DNA of 64,000 bases. It comes from Squalus acanthias. Taxonomy: Eukaryota. Numbering within the stretch: the stretch's first letter is position 1; the number at the start of each line of letters is the position of its first letter. Below the pieces are notes generated by a model. That model was not told the DNA's origin. It was given only the letters and a program-made list of their open reading frames with translations, and did not search any database. The stretch is from contig CM059432.1 in assembly GCA_030390025.1 (NCBI GenBank), positions 142,602,001-142,666,000 of the forward strand. Reading direction: 5' to 3'. This document shows positions 48,379 through 60,827 of the stretch, in pieces. A program made the translations under genes and the position numbers.

Positions 48379-50956
48379 AACTGCAGTACAGCGAGTGTGA
48401 TCTGTAAGTATATATACTTGTAGAGTGCTGTCAAAGCCCTGCCCTGTTATACCAGCCATCGCATGTAACATGAAAATCGCTTCTGTATGAGCACTCCCGC
48501 TATAAATGGCGGGGACTGTAGTAATTCCGATGTAGACATTTAGAAACTGCCTCGGTAAACTTGTCACACTGTAATGACACCCTCCTGTCAGCGGTGGTGC
48601 TGTAGTGCCTCAGTTCTGCATCTCCCAGGTCCTCAACCGAAACTAGAGAGAAAGTGACAATGATGTCTGCTCGCCCCAGCTGATATATCCCCTGCCATCT
48701 AATCCCTTCATCAGAAGGCTATGTTTGGTCTCGAATGCCCAGGTGCAACGTTAGAGGAGATCGACCAGTGAACACACAGTTTCAAGCATCCATGTTGAAC
48801 TGTGGCACAGAAATCTGCACGAGTTACACAGCGCCATGCCAAAGAGTGGCACAGGAAGTGCGACAGACAAAATCCTACTCCAGCCACAATGCAGTACCCC
48901 AGTAACGTACTCCATTATCAGCTTCTCTGCCTTGTACCGTCACCAAGAATGAATGAAGCGACAGCAAATGAGATTACGAGTTCCAGGACTCCAGAACTTT
49001 AAATGTTGCTTTCTTATTTCTGCAGAGATCTAGTTCAATATTCAGAATGACTGCTCTTCAGTAACAAAATGCTGGCCATTTCCAGCCAATCTCCATTTAA
49101 TCCAATTTTGATGGTTAAACTGACACTACCCATCTTCCCGAGCTCGTAGTGTGGCTTCTGACAGTTGATTAAAACAATCCGTGCACAAGTTGATGAGCGG
49201 GCCAGAGTGCGGACTGTCTAAGCCGAGACTGAATGAAGGAGCAAAGACGATAAATGTGAATCAAAACTGATTTCTGATAGTCTCATACAAAAACAATTCT
49301 GACATTTGACAACACTGGAACTATATATGAAGCAGAGGCTCGCCTATAATTATTATCTTTCATTATTTTTTTTTAGAAAAGTGGGAAAATGTTGGAACTA
49401 TGCACAGGTGAGAAAAATTTGTGAAGGGCAGGAACACAGGACCAGGTAAAGGTAGGATTAGAATGAAGACAGTTGCAAGTCTGTGGATTGCACTCGCAGA
49501 TTTAGTGATTGAAGCAGGGACCACCGCCATCATTTAAGAACAGGTTCGATAGGTGGTTACAGGAAAGGGGAATAAAGGGGTATGGGAACAGGGCGGGAAC
49601 ATGGGATTAGAATACTGCTCCTGTGGAGGATAAACACCAGCACGGACTGGTTGGGCCGAACGGCCTATTTCCCTGTTGTAATTTTAGTGTAATGTAGTTT
49701 TAGGTTAACTGCATGAATTGATTAGACAGCAGTACGCTGTGCCTTCTTTTGCTATATATGGTTTGTAAAGGTGTTATAATGAACAACAATACAAAATAAT
49801 GACATCCAACATGAGGCATGTTGGCAGGAATATGCAATCCAGATAGATCCTTAAAGAAAAAATTAAGATCGGCCAGCCAACTGTCATTTAATTACTAAAT
49901 AGAAAAAGGGCTCCTGCCAACACGTGTGCTATTTTGTGCGTAATCATTTCTTGGCTGGAATTGGTAAGGTTTGTCTAGGAGCAACCACACAAACATAATC
50001 TTAGAAGCTTAATAAATTTGGAACTACTGTACTAAGCCAAGTACAGCTGCAATTTCTTGCACAATACAGACTTGTAAAACATAATATTATTTCCTGCAAA
50101 GGAGAGCAACTGTCCCTTCAAAGATGCATTTCCCTTTCTGCAGGCTAACAGACTTCTTTCTAAAATAATAACAGCACCAAAAATTACGCCATGATCCTCG
50201 GGAGCGTACAGCAGCCTCGTTTAATTTACTTGTGGTGCTATAAAGTATCATCATACCGTAGAGTCAAAAAGAAAATTGGTTTCCAGATGTTTAGCTTGCT
50301 CATGTAGACACGAAAATCATTAGAAAACAATTATTTCATCAACAAAAGACTATGCATGAAATTATGCGCCAGATGATGAGGTAATGTAATTGTGCAAAGG
50401 AATTTCCTCTTCCAGGGATTTCCTGTGGGTCGTAGCTGAAAATAAATAAAACATTTGGAAATTCCACATTCACTCTTTTATGTGAATTCAGTTTCAGACC
50501 TCAGTTGAACCATGCTGTTTTTTATGTGCCTTCATTATATCCACATAAAATAACATTCAAGGAGAGTCATACGGCACAGAAGGAGGCCAGTCAGCCCATC
50601 GAGTCCGTGCCAGCTCTCTGTAGAGCAATCCAGTCGGTCCCATTCCCACGCTCTATCCCCGTAGCCCTGCAAGTTTATTTCCCTCAAGTGCCTATCCAGT
50701 CTCCCCTTGAAAACATTGAGTGTCTCCGCTTCCACCACTTCCGTCGGCAGCGAGTTCCAGGTCCTCACCACTCGCTGCGTAAAAAAGTTTTTCCTCACAT
50801 CCCCCCTGTATCTCTTGCCCAAAACCTTAAATCTGTGTCCCCTAGTCCTTGTACCATCAATTAGTGGGAACAGCCTTTCCCCGTCTAGCCTATCCAAACC
50901 TGTCATAATCTGGTACACAGCTATCAAATCACCCCGCAACCTCCTTTGCTCTAATG

Positions 50957-51356
50957 TGTCAGCTGTGACTCAGTTGGTAACACACTCGCCTTTGAGTCAG
51001 AAGGCTAGGCTGACACTCCAGTGCAGTGCTGAGGGAGTGCTGTACTGTCGGAGGTGCCGTCTTTCAGATGAGACGTTAAACCAAGGCCCTGTCTGCTCTC
51101 TCAGGTGGACGTAAAAGATCCCATGGCACTATTTTGAAGAAAAGCAGGGGAGTTCTCCCCAGTCTCCTGGCCAATATTTATCCCTCAACCAACATAACAA
51201 AAAAGATTATCTGGTCATTGTCACATTGCTGTGTGCAAATTGGCTGCCGCGTTTCCCACGTTACAACAGCGACGACACTCCAAAAGTACTTCATTGGCAG
51301 TAAAGCGCTTTGAGACGTCCGGTGGTCGCGAAAGGCGCTATATAAATGCAAGTCTT
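50957..51356 (+). mobile_element. SacSINE1-like SINE inserted in CR1
   Basis: Splits the minus-strand CR1 ORF. Confidence 0.8.
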
Positions 51357-52475
51357 TCTTTCTTTTATGAAAACAAATCCAGCTTCTCCAACCTGTCCTT
51401 GTAGCTAAAATCCCCCATCCCCGGAACCATTCTGGTAAATCTCCTCTGCACCCTCTCAAGGGCCTTCACATCCTTCATAAAGTGTGGTGACCAGAACTGG
51501 ACGCAATACTCCAGTTGTGGCCTAACCAGCGCTTTATAAAGGTTCAGCATAACTTCTCTACTTTTGTACTCAATACCTCAATTTATGAAGCCCAAGATCC
51601 CATATGCTTTGCTAACCACTCTCTCAATATGTCCCGCCACCGTCAGCGACCTATGCATATTAACTCCAGGTCCCTCTGTCCCTGTACACTCTTTAAAACT
51701 GTGCCATTAAGTGTATATTGCCTCTCCCTGTTCCTTCTGCCAAAATGCATCACCTCACACTTCTCTGTATTAAATTCCATCTGCCACTTGTCTGCCCATT
51801 CTGCTAGCCTTTCTATGTCCTGTTGCAGTTGATTGGTATCATCCTCACTGTTTGCCACACCCCCAAGTTTGGTGTTATCGGCAAATTTAGAAATTCTACT
51901 CTGTATTCCAATATCCAGGTCATTTTATATATATCAAAAAAAGCAGTGGCCCCAGCACTGACCCTTGGGGAACACCACTGTCTACCATCCTCCAGTCTGA
52001 AAAACAGCCATTTACCACAACTCGCTGTTTTCTGTCCTTAAGCCAATTCTTTATCCAAGCTGCCACTGACCCACCTATTCCATGAGCCTCAATTTTGTTA
52101 ACCAGCCTTCTATGTGGTACTTTGTCAAACGCCTTCCTAAAATCTATGTAGACAACATCCATTGCATTCCCTTCATCTGCCTTTTACAAATCCGTGTTGG
52201 CTCTCCTTAATTAGCTTAAACCTCTCCAAGTGCCCGTCAATTTTTTCCTTCATTATTGTTTCTAAAACTTTACCCACCACTGATGTTAAACTGACCGGCC
52301 TGTAGTTACTAGGATTGTGCTTACACCCTTTCTTGAACAATGGTGTCACATTTGCCACTTTCCAATCCTCAGGCACCTCCCCCGCATCTAGGGAAGATTG
52401 GAAAATTATGGCAAGCCCTTCCGCTATCTCCTCCCTGAATTCCCTTAGCAACCTGGGATGCAAGCCATCTGGACT

Positions 52476-52607
52476 ATGATGCGGAGATGCCGGTGTTGGA
52501 CTGGGGTGGACAAAAGTGAGAAGTCACACAACACCAGGTTATAGTCCAACAGTTTTATTTGAAATCACAAGCTTTCGGAGCGGCTGCTCCTTCGTCAGGT
52601 GAAGTGA
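52476..52607 (-). mobile_element. Penelope-like terminal fragment inserted in CR1 ORF2
   Basis: Interrupts the CR1 reading frame; contains hammerhead motif and AATAAA. Confidence 0.7.
52565..52602 (-). ncRNA. Minimal type I hammerhead ribozyme (Penelope-like terminal repeat)
   Basis: UCAC-CUGACGA-A-GGAGC(AGCC)GCUCC-GAAA-GC-UU-GUGA: intact core, perfect stems I and II. Confidence 0.8.
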
Positions 52608-53092
52608 AGGTGACTTATCCACTCTAAGCATACCCAGCCTTTCTAGTACATCCTGTCTATCAATTTTCACCCCTTTCATTGCTTCAACCTTTTCCACTTC
52701 TACCGATATTTTGTCAGCATCCACCTCCTTAGTAAACACCGATACAAAGTACTCATTGAGTAGTCTAGCCTTGCCCTGCGCCTCTAAGCATATATCACCT
52801 TCTTTATCTCTAATAGGCCTCACCCCGCCTCTTACTACCCGCTTACTGTTTACATGCCGGTAGAAGATTTTTGGGTTCCCTTTTATGTTAACCACCATTC
52901 TACTCTCATATTCTCTCTGCCCATCTTATTTTCATCTTCACTTCCCCTCTCAACTTATTGTATTTGGTCTGGTTCTCCCTGGAAGAATTCACCTGACATT
53001 CATCATACACCCTCTTTTTTTGTTTCATCATCTTCTCTATCTTCCTCGTCATCTAAGGAGTCCTTGCTTTGGTTCCCTTACCCTTCCCCCTT

Positions 53093-55907
53093 GAGCAGAT
53101 AGTAAGGGTTCAGAGCAAGTATGTTCCCTTAAAGAAAAAGGGTGGGACTAACAAATCTAGAGCTCCCTGGATGTCAAGGGGCATACAGGGTAGGATAAAG
53201 AAAATAAGTGAAGCTTATGACAGATACTGAGGGCTCAATACTGCAGAAACCCTAGAGGAGTATAGAAAGTGCAGGGGTGAAATTAAAAGAAAATTAGGAA
53301 AGCAAAGAGAGGGCATGAAAAAATATGGGCAAGTAAAATCAAGGAAAACCCAAAGATGTTTTATAAATATATTAAGAGCAAGAGGACAATTAAAGTAAGA
53401 GTAGGGCCTATTAGGGACCATAAAGGTAACCTGTGTGTGGAGGCGGAAGACATGGGTATGGTTCTTAATGAATACTTTGCGTCTGTTTTCACAAAAGAGA
53501 GGGACGATGCAGACATTGCAATCAGGGAGGAGGAGTGTGAAATATTAGATGAAATAAGCATAGTGAAAGAGGAAATATTAAGGGGTTTAGCATCTTTGAA
53601 AGTGAATAAATCCCCAGGCCCAGATGAAATGTATCCCAGACTGGCAAGAGAAGTAAGAGAGGAAATAGCAGAGGCTCTGACCATCATTTTCCAATCCTCT
53701 CTGGCTACAGGTGTGGTGCCGGAGGACTGCTAATGTGGTACCGTTGTTTAAAAAGGGAGAAAGGGATAGACCGAGTAATTACAGGCCAGTCAGCCTAACT
53801 TTGGTGGTGGGAAAATTATTGGAAAAAATTCTGAGGGACAGGATAAATCTTCATTTAGAAAGACATGGATTAATCAGAAACAGTCAGCATGGATTTGTTA
53901 AGGGAAGGTCGTGTCTGACTAACTTGATTGAATTTTTTGAAGAGGCAACAAGGAGGGTCGATGAGGGTACTGTGTTTGGTGTATTCTATATGGATTTTAG
54001 CAAGGCTTTTGATAAGGTCCCGCATGGCAGACTGGTCATGAAAGTAAAAGCCCATGGGAGCCAAGGGAAAGTGGCAAGTTGGATCCGAGATTGGTTCAGA
54101 GGCAGGAAACAAAGGGTAATGGTCGAAGGGTGTTTTTGTGACTGGAAGGCTGTTTCCAGTGGGGTTCCGCAGGGCTCAGTACTGGGTCCTTTGCTTTTTG
54201 TGGTATATATCAATGATTTGGACTTGAATGTAGGAAGTACGATTAAGAAGTTTGCAGATGATACAAAAATTGGCCGTGTGGTTGATAATGGGGCAGAAAT
54301 TCCGTTCCCTACGGGTGTGTAGGGCCAACGGAAATGCCGGTTTTAGGCATGCTCAGCGCATACGCTGGAAACCGGCATTTCCGATCTGTCACGAAAGCTC
54401 TTGACAGATCCTCCTGCTGCCCGGGAGCAGGGCCTCTGCGGGTGGAGAGTTCCGCTTTTTGGAGACCCTCCACCGGCAGAAAACACTTACAATTCTTGCG
54501 CCTGGTAAAAGCAGGATAAGGCCTGCTTTTACCAGGATAGGAGTTGAAAAAAAGTTTTAAAAAATTTTTTTCCACTGATTTATCATATAAATATACTTTA
54601 AAGAGAGGTAACTTTACTTTTAGCCCCGTTAAAAACTTTCATTATTTTTTTCAAAAAATAAAATTTTTGTTTAAAATACTTAACTTATTGTAATTTAAAG
54701 TCATTTTAAAAAAGTGATTTTTTTTTTTTTAAATTATTTTAAGTTTTACTATGTTTTGGGGGTGATCTCCATTCATATATCTGTCAAATGTTTGAAGGGA
54801 GATTCCCTTCTCTGATTGGCTCCCCATGGCCCATGTGATCCCAGGGACGCTGCGAACCGCCTGCGCCTCTGGGATACGTGGGCCCTGCACACCGGCAGTT
54901 TGGAGAGGCCTAGCAGCGGAATTCTGCGCCTCCCAGGAGCCCTCCGGTCCAGGCGCAGATTTTTCCAGATCGCAGCCCTCCGCCCGCGGGAGGCCTGCGA
55001 AACGGAATTTCTGGGCCAATGAAGAAGAAAGCTGTAGACTGCAGGAAGATATCAGTGGACTGGTCAGGTGGGCAGAACAGTGGCAAATGGAATTCAATCT
55101 GGAGAAGTGTGAGGTAATGCATTTGGGGAGGGCTAACAAGGCAAGGGAATACACAATAAATGGTAGGATACTGAGAAGTGTAGAGGAACAGAGGGACCTT
55201 GGAGTGCATGTCCACAGATCCCTGAAGGTAGCAGGACAGGTCGATAAGGTGGTTAAGAAGGCATATGGGATACTTGCCTTTATTAGCCGAGGCATAGAAT
55301 ATAAGAGCAGGGAGGTTATGCTTGAACTGTATAAAACACTAGTTAGGCCGCAGCTAGAATACTGCGTGCAGTTCTGGTCACCACATTACAGGAAGGATGT
55401 GATTGCACTAGAGAGGGTGCAGAGGAGATTTACGAGGATGTTGCCTGGGCTGGGGAATTTTTGCAATGAAGAAAGATTGGATAGGCTGGGGTTGTTTTCT
55501 TTGGAACAGAGGAGGCTGAGGGGAGACCTAATTGAGATGTATAAAATTATGAGGGGCCTGGATAGAGTGGACAGGAAGGACCTATTTCCCTTAGCAGAGG
55601 GGTCGATAACCAGGGGGCATAGATTTAAAGTAATTGGTAGGAGGTTTAGAGGGGATTTGAGGAGAAATGTTTTCACCCAGAGGGTGGTGGGGGTCTGAAA
55701 CTTACTGGCTGAAAGGGTGGTAGAGGCAGAAACCCTCATCACATTTAAAAAGTAGTTGGATATGCACCGAAGTGCTGTAACCTACAAGGATACGGACCAA
55801 GTGCTGGAAAGTGGGATTAGGGTGGATAGTTCTTTGTCGGCCGGCACGGACAAGATGGGCCGAATGACCTCCTTCTGTGCTGAAAATTTCTATGATTCTA
55901 CGATTCT
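53093..55907 (+). mobile_element. CR1 LINE (RT to 3' end), interrupted by MITE
   Basis: KSPGPD, NYRPVSLT, FADDTK motifs; TTCTATGATTCTA tail. Confidence 0.92.
54290..55017 (+). mobile_element. PIF/Harbinger-like MITE, copy 3 (diverged subfamily) inside CR1 ORF2
   Basis: 17-bp TIR with 2 mismatches; AAT TSD; removal restores the CR1 frame ...VDN-EEESCRLQED. Confidence 0.85.
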
Positions 55908-56008
55908 AACAAGAAAATCAAAACTATACCGAATAAGACCATCGTCCTACACAACTGATCATTAATAGCTGGTTCATGCTCACTGTCGCGGTGTGTGTGG
56001 CCTCAATT

Positions 56009-56270
56009 CAGGGATCCCAACCGCGGGGATACGTCCCTGAAAACCCCCGTGGTTAGTAAAACCGCCGTTGGCAAATACAGTATAAATGTTCAAATAACAA
56101 ATTAAAAAAGAATATAAAAGCAATAAAATCATGTTATTTACCTTAATCCTAAATTAAAAACCGTGTATACGCAAAATTCACTGCCGCGGTTGGCAAAAGT
56201 TGTCGCAGAGAGGAAACCGTGTATACTTGAAATCGCGTATGGCAAAACCGTGGTTGGGGCGGGATTCCTG
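56009..56270. mobile_element. Tigger-like MITE with damaged left TIR
   Basis: CAGGGATCCC-AACCGCGG versus right end CCGTGGTTGGGGCGGGATTCCTG-TA. Confidence 0.55.
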
Positions 56271-56290
56271 TACTACCTTTATTTCCAGCT

Positions 56291-56606
56291 ATCTTTCGGA
56301 TGAGACGTTAAACCGAGGCCCCGTCTGCCCTCTCAGGTGGACGTAAAAGATCCCCCGCCAACTTTTTCAAAGAAGAGCAGGGGAGTTCTCCCCCGTGTCC
56401 TGGCCAGTATTTAACCCTCAACCAACATCACAAAAAAAAATTATCTGGTCATTATCACATTGCTGTTTGTGGGAGCTTGCTGTGCGCAAATTAGCTGCCA
56501 CATTTCCTACAATACAACAGTGGCTACACTTCAAGAAGTACTTCATTGGCTGTAAAGTGCTTTGGGACGTCCTGAGGTCGTGAAAGGTGCTATAGAAATG
56601 CAAGTT
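56291..56606 (+). mobile_element. SacSINE1-like SINE, 5' truncated
   Basis: Deu domain and tail. Confidence 0.78.
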
Positions 56607-57078
56607 CTTTCTTCTTTTCCAAACATACGAAAAAGGGCAGAAGATGACCAACCAGGCTGTCAGGCCTGTCCCATCCCATGGTACAACCTGCTCATAGTAT
56701 TAAATCCATCACAACACAGCCACTTCCAGCCCCGCCTCAACAGACACACAATCTCCTGGGACAGCCAAAACAACAAAGAAACCCCCCAGGCCAATTGAAG
56801 GAGCAAAAAACCTCTGGGAAATCTCTGTCCGACCACTGTGGGCAATCAAGCAAATCCCAAGAAGACGGTGACTTGTGCCCGATAACTTGAGAAAGCATCT
56901 GAACTATTAATTCCTCTCTACCATACATCTGAGACTAATGAAGCTCCCTCAGCAGCCACTAGTCCCAGGTGCATCAAATCGCACACAAATAGTCGTCAGT
57001 TGTGCTGTTAATGCTGTTTGTGGTTCAGAATTACGAAGCAGGCCACATTTTTTGGACTCAACGCAGTAGTCGTAGGAG

Positions 57079-57469
57079 GTTCTCATCCTTGTTTTCAATT
57101 TCCTCCATGGCCTCGCCCCCGCCCCCGCCCCCCCCCCGCCACTATCTCTGTAACCTCCTCCAGCCCTGCAACCCGCCGAGATCTCTGCATTCCTCCAATT
57201 CTGGCCTCTCGCACATCCCGATTTTAATCGCCCCACCATTGGCTGCCGTGCCTTCAGTCGGCTAGGCCCGAAGTTCTGGAATTCCCTCCCTAAACCTCTC
57301 CGCCTCGCCACCTTCTTGAAGACGCTCCTTAAAACCTACCACTTTGACCAAGCCTGTGCCAATATCTCCTTATGTGGCTCAGTGTCAAATTTTGTTTGAT
57401 AATACTCCTGTGAGGCGCCTTGGGACATTTTACTATGTTAAACGCGCTGTATAAATAGAACTTGTTGTT
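57079..57469 (+). mobile_element. L2-like LINE 3' end
   Basis: Same family as 40270-40833. Confidence 0.75.
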
Positions 57470-57934
57470 GAGGGTAGGTATGTGACACACCTTGGGATGA
57501 AATAGGACCACAGGGGTAAAAAAAATATATTTTTAAGGAGCATGTTACTGATCCAGAAAGAAAGTGTCTGTCATGGTCAAAGGTACACCTGGTGTATCAT
57601 TGTTCAGTAGGACCATGGTCAACTTGGCACAAGTCAAATTTTCCTGTAATTTGCGGTCCGCGGCGATCTCTGTGGCGAGAAATTTGCCTTTTTCGACGTG
57701 TAATTGATTGCAGCGCTCTGTAATGGGGATTCCCAGTGAAGAGCTGCAGTGATGTCAACAAGCTGTCGGTAAGCAGCTAATCACATTGAAGAATTCGCAC
57801 AGACAGCATACCAGGAAATAAACTGCTGCTTTTATCCCCACTTTTTTAAAATGTTACAGAGAGTGAAAAAGATTGGGACTTTCACATGGGGATAAGGTGG
57901 AAGCTGAAATATCATGAACAAACTTTAAAAATAA

Positions 57935-58730
57935 TCAGTCCATAACTAGGGGCCATAAATATAAGATAGTCACTAATAAATCCAATAAGGAATTCAGGAG
58001 AAACTTCTTTACCCAGAGAGTGGTGAGAATGTGGAATTCGCTACCACAGAGTAGTTGAGGCAAATAGCATCGAAGCTTTGACCACGCTCGATCAGCTTCG
58101 ATGGACGGGCCACATTGTCCGCATGCCCGATACGAGATTCCCAAAACAAGCGCTCTACTCGGAGCTCCGACACGGCAAGAGAGCCCCAGGTTGGCAGAGG
58201 AAACGCTTCAAGGACACCCTCAAAGCCTCCTTGAAAAAGTGCAACATCCCCACCGACACCTGGGAATCCCTGGCCCAAGACTGCACAAAGTGGAGGAGAA
58301 GCATCCGGGAAGGTGCCGAACACCTCGAGTCTCTTCGCCGGGAGCAAGCGGAAGCCAAGTGCAAACAGCGGAAGGAGCGCACGTCAACCCAAGCACCCCA
58401 CCCACCCGCCCATTCAACCACCGTCTGCCCCACCTGTGACAGAGACTGTAGGTCCCGCATTGGACTCATCAGTCACCTGAGAACTCATTTTTAATGTGGA
58501 AGCAAGACATCCTCGGTTCCGAGGGACTGCCTAAGAAGAAGAGGCAAATAGCATAGATGCATTTAAGAGGAAGCTGGATAAACGCATGAGGGAGAAAGAA
58601 CAGAAGGATATGCTGATAGGGTGAGATGAAGAGGGATGGGAGGAGGCTCGTGTGGAGCAGAAACACCAGCATGGACCAGTTGGTTGAATGGGCTGTTTCT
58701 GTGCTGTAAAATCGATGCAATTCTATGTAG
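57935..58730 (+). mobile_element. CR1 3' fragment split by an RTE insertion
   Basis: TRGHKYK..FFTQRVVRMWNSLP, resuming after 58554. Confidence 0.8.
58071..58540 (+). mobile_element. RTE-clade LINE 3' end
   Basis: LRWTGHIVRMPDTRFPKQALYSEL..RKRFKDTLKASLK..CPTC..HLRTH; (AAG)n tail; 14-bp TSD GAGGCAAATAGCAT at 58057-58070 and 58541-58554. Confidence 0.9.
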
Positions 58731-60065
58731 CTAAAGGGCACATTTGCAGTTTGGGTTCCAACCAGGCAGAATCATAGGAACCACATTCAAACTGAGAGAT
58801 TCCTGGCCGGAACTAGAACCGTTCTACCCAGGGGAGAGCCTGGATACAGACATTAGGACAGCTCTCACCCAGCAGGTATAAACTTACATGGTTAGAAAGT
58901 GGAGCGGATGCGGGTGGGGGGGGGAAATCTCCACGAGGTTAGGAGCGTTTACAAAGTGCCCTGAGGACCAACAGGCCAGGCCTGACGCCCCATTTTGCAT
59001 TTCAATGCCATGCTGTGTCAAACCGAAGTGGTGCCAAGACCAGTCAGGTCCAGATTTATACTGCCAGTTTAGTATTGGCGCAAAGCAGAAATTACTTCAC
59101 ACCCAACACTAAGCTTGCATATAAAAGCATCCCTCCTCTTTCTTGTGGTGTGCGTACCAGATGCATGCACGAGTGGCCGTGGATAAGATGACCTACAACA
59201 GAATGTTCAGGTCAGGACAAGTTTCTGTTTTGGACTGTAGATCAATCCTCGCTGCTACACAGAATATACAATCTAATGTCTGCGTAACGTATTAAAACTC
59301 CTACATCTGCACCCACTGCCTGTCTGCGCTAATTGGCTGCTTCTTCTCGTCATGTCTTTGTCACACTTTTACATTCCAAGTTCCTATGTCCACATTTATA
59401 ATGAAAAAAGCCGATGTAAACTTGTCGCTCTGATTTCACAATCTAGCCGTTGGGTTCGTACAAGTCTGTCGAAATGCTGTCTAAAAATGTTTCTCAGCTG
59501 CCATTTTTTCCCTTAGTAACTGATGTCCAAAATTAGGGTTCAACCTAAATAATTATTTAAAATCATAATTTTGCACTAATGTGGTTATTCAGGTTTTTTA
59601 CCTGAAGGCCTCAGCCAGCCTCTACTAAAAGCCTGGGCTTGGAATTAAAATTTCTGCCCAGACCAATGATGCAATGAGTTGAATTTGGATTGTGCAGTCT
59701 GAGCTTGTGCAGTGTAGCTAATTATCCAGGAGGCATCAGTACTGTTCAGTCACCTATACTGAGGAATATTTTGTTTCTTTAGCTTCTAACAGTTTCTGCT
59801 CTAAAGTTTTTCAAAATTATTTGAAGAAAACCGACAGGACAAATTTCAAAATCTATAATGAGGTAAAATTCATGTTGAGATTTTGAAGTGTTTTGCTTAG
59901 ACACCTGTTGAAGCCTTTGTTTTATAAACTTTAGAAAGTGCGTGTGGGTGTGTGAGAGAGAGAGAGAGAGAGAGTAGGGTGAAAAGAGAAAGTGTATCTT
60001 TCTTCAAATTCATGTTACTTTAATCTTCAAAAAAACAATTTCAATTTTGAAGTCAGCTACTTACC

Positions 60066-60400
60066 TAGAATCGTACAACACATTCGGCCCATCGTGCCTG
60101 TGCCGGCTCTTTGGTAGAGCTATCCAATTAGTCCCACTCCCCTGCTCTTGCCCTATAACCCTGTAAATGTTTTCCCTTCATGTATTTGTCCAATTCTCTT
60201 TTGAAAGTTATTATTGAATCTGCTTCCACCACCCTTTCAGCAGTGCATTCCAGATCACAACAACTCGCTGCGTAAAATAAATTCTCATCTCCTCCCTGGT
60301 TCTTTTGCCAGTTATCCTAAAAAGGTGTCCTCTGGTTACTGACACTCCTACTAGTGGAAGCCAACAGTTTCTCCTTATTCAAAACCCTTGATAATTGTGA
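60066..60400 (-). mobile_element. CR1 3' fragment
   Basis: Similar to 44980-45265. Confidence 0.75.
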
Positions 60401-60713
60401 ACGCTCATAATTTAAATTATGTTTTGAAAATCGTACAGGAATAAGTACAGAAATTTAAACTTTTAAATGTTGATATTTCAATGTAGATCTGCAACCGTCA
60501 AATAAGGAAGCTCTGCAATTTCAAGTACGTGCCACTTTATGTGGTATGAAATGCGGGTCACGAAGCAGTTTGCACAGCGAGCATACCATCAACCTTCAGA
60601 AGAACCAGTCTTTTCAGTGCCAATGTAATTTGCTTGTCAAGTTTGCAATGAGTGCAAACACTGTATTCAGGGAAGCATGATTCCTGTCCTCCCTCCAATA
60701 ATCCTATACTCAC

Positions 60714-60827
60714 TGTCATCTCCAAGTTTTGATGCATGGTCACTTATAAGCTCTTCGCCGACTTCCACGATCTGCTCACTGTTGCGGTAGTTCTCATCCC
60801 GCCATTTCCTCAGCTTGTCACGCATGT
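60714..60827 (-). CDS. EMC2: EMC2 coding exon 2 ([38 protein letters not shown])
   Basis: Translation matches the EMC2/TTC35 N-terminus; TTTTTCAG acceptor and GTGAGT donor; 114 nt; splices in frame to 28178. Confidence 0.97.

Larger units (their letters stand above)
50563..53092 (-). mobile_element. CR1 LINE (RT to 3' end), interrupted twice
   Basis: [35 protein letters not shown] in broken frames. Confidence 0.92.
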
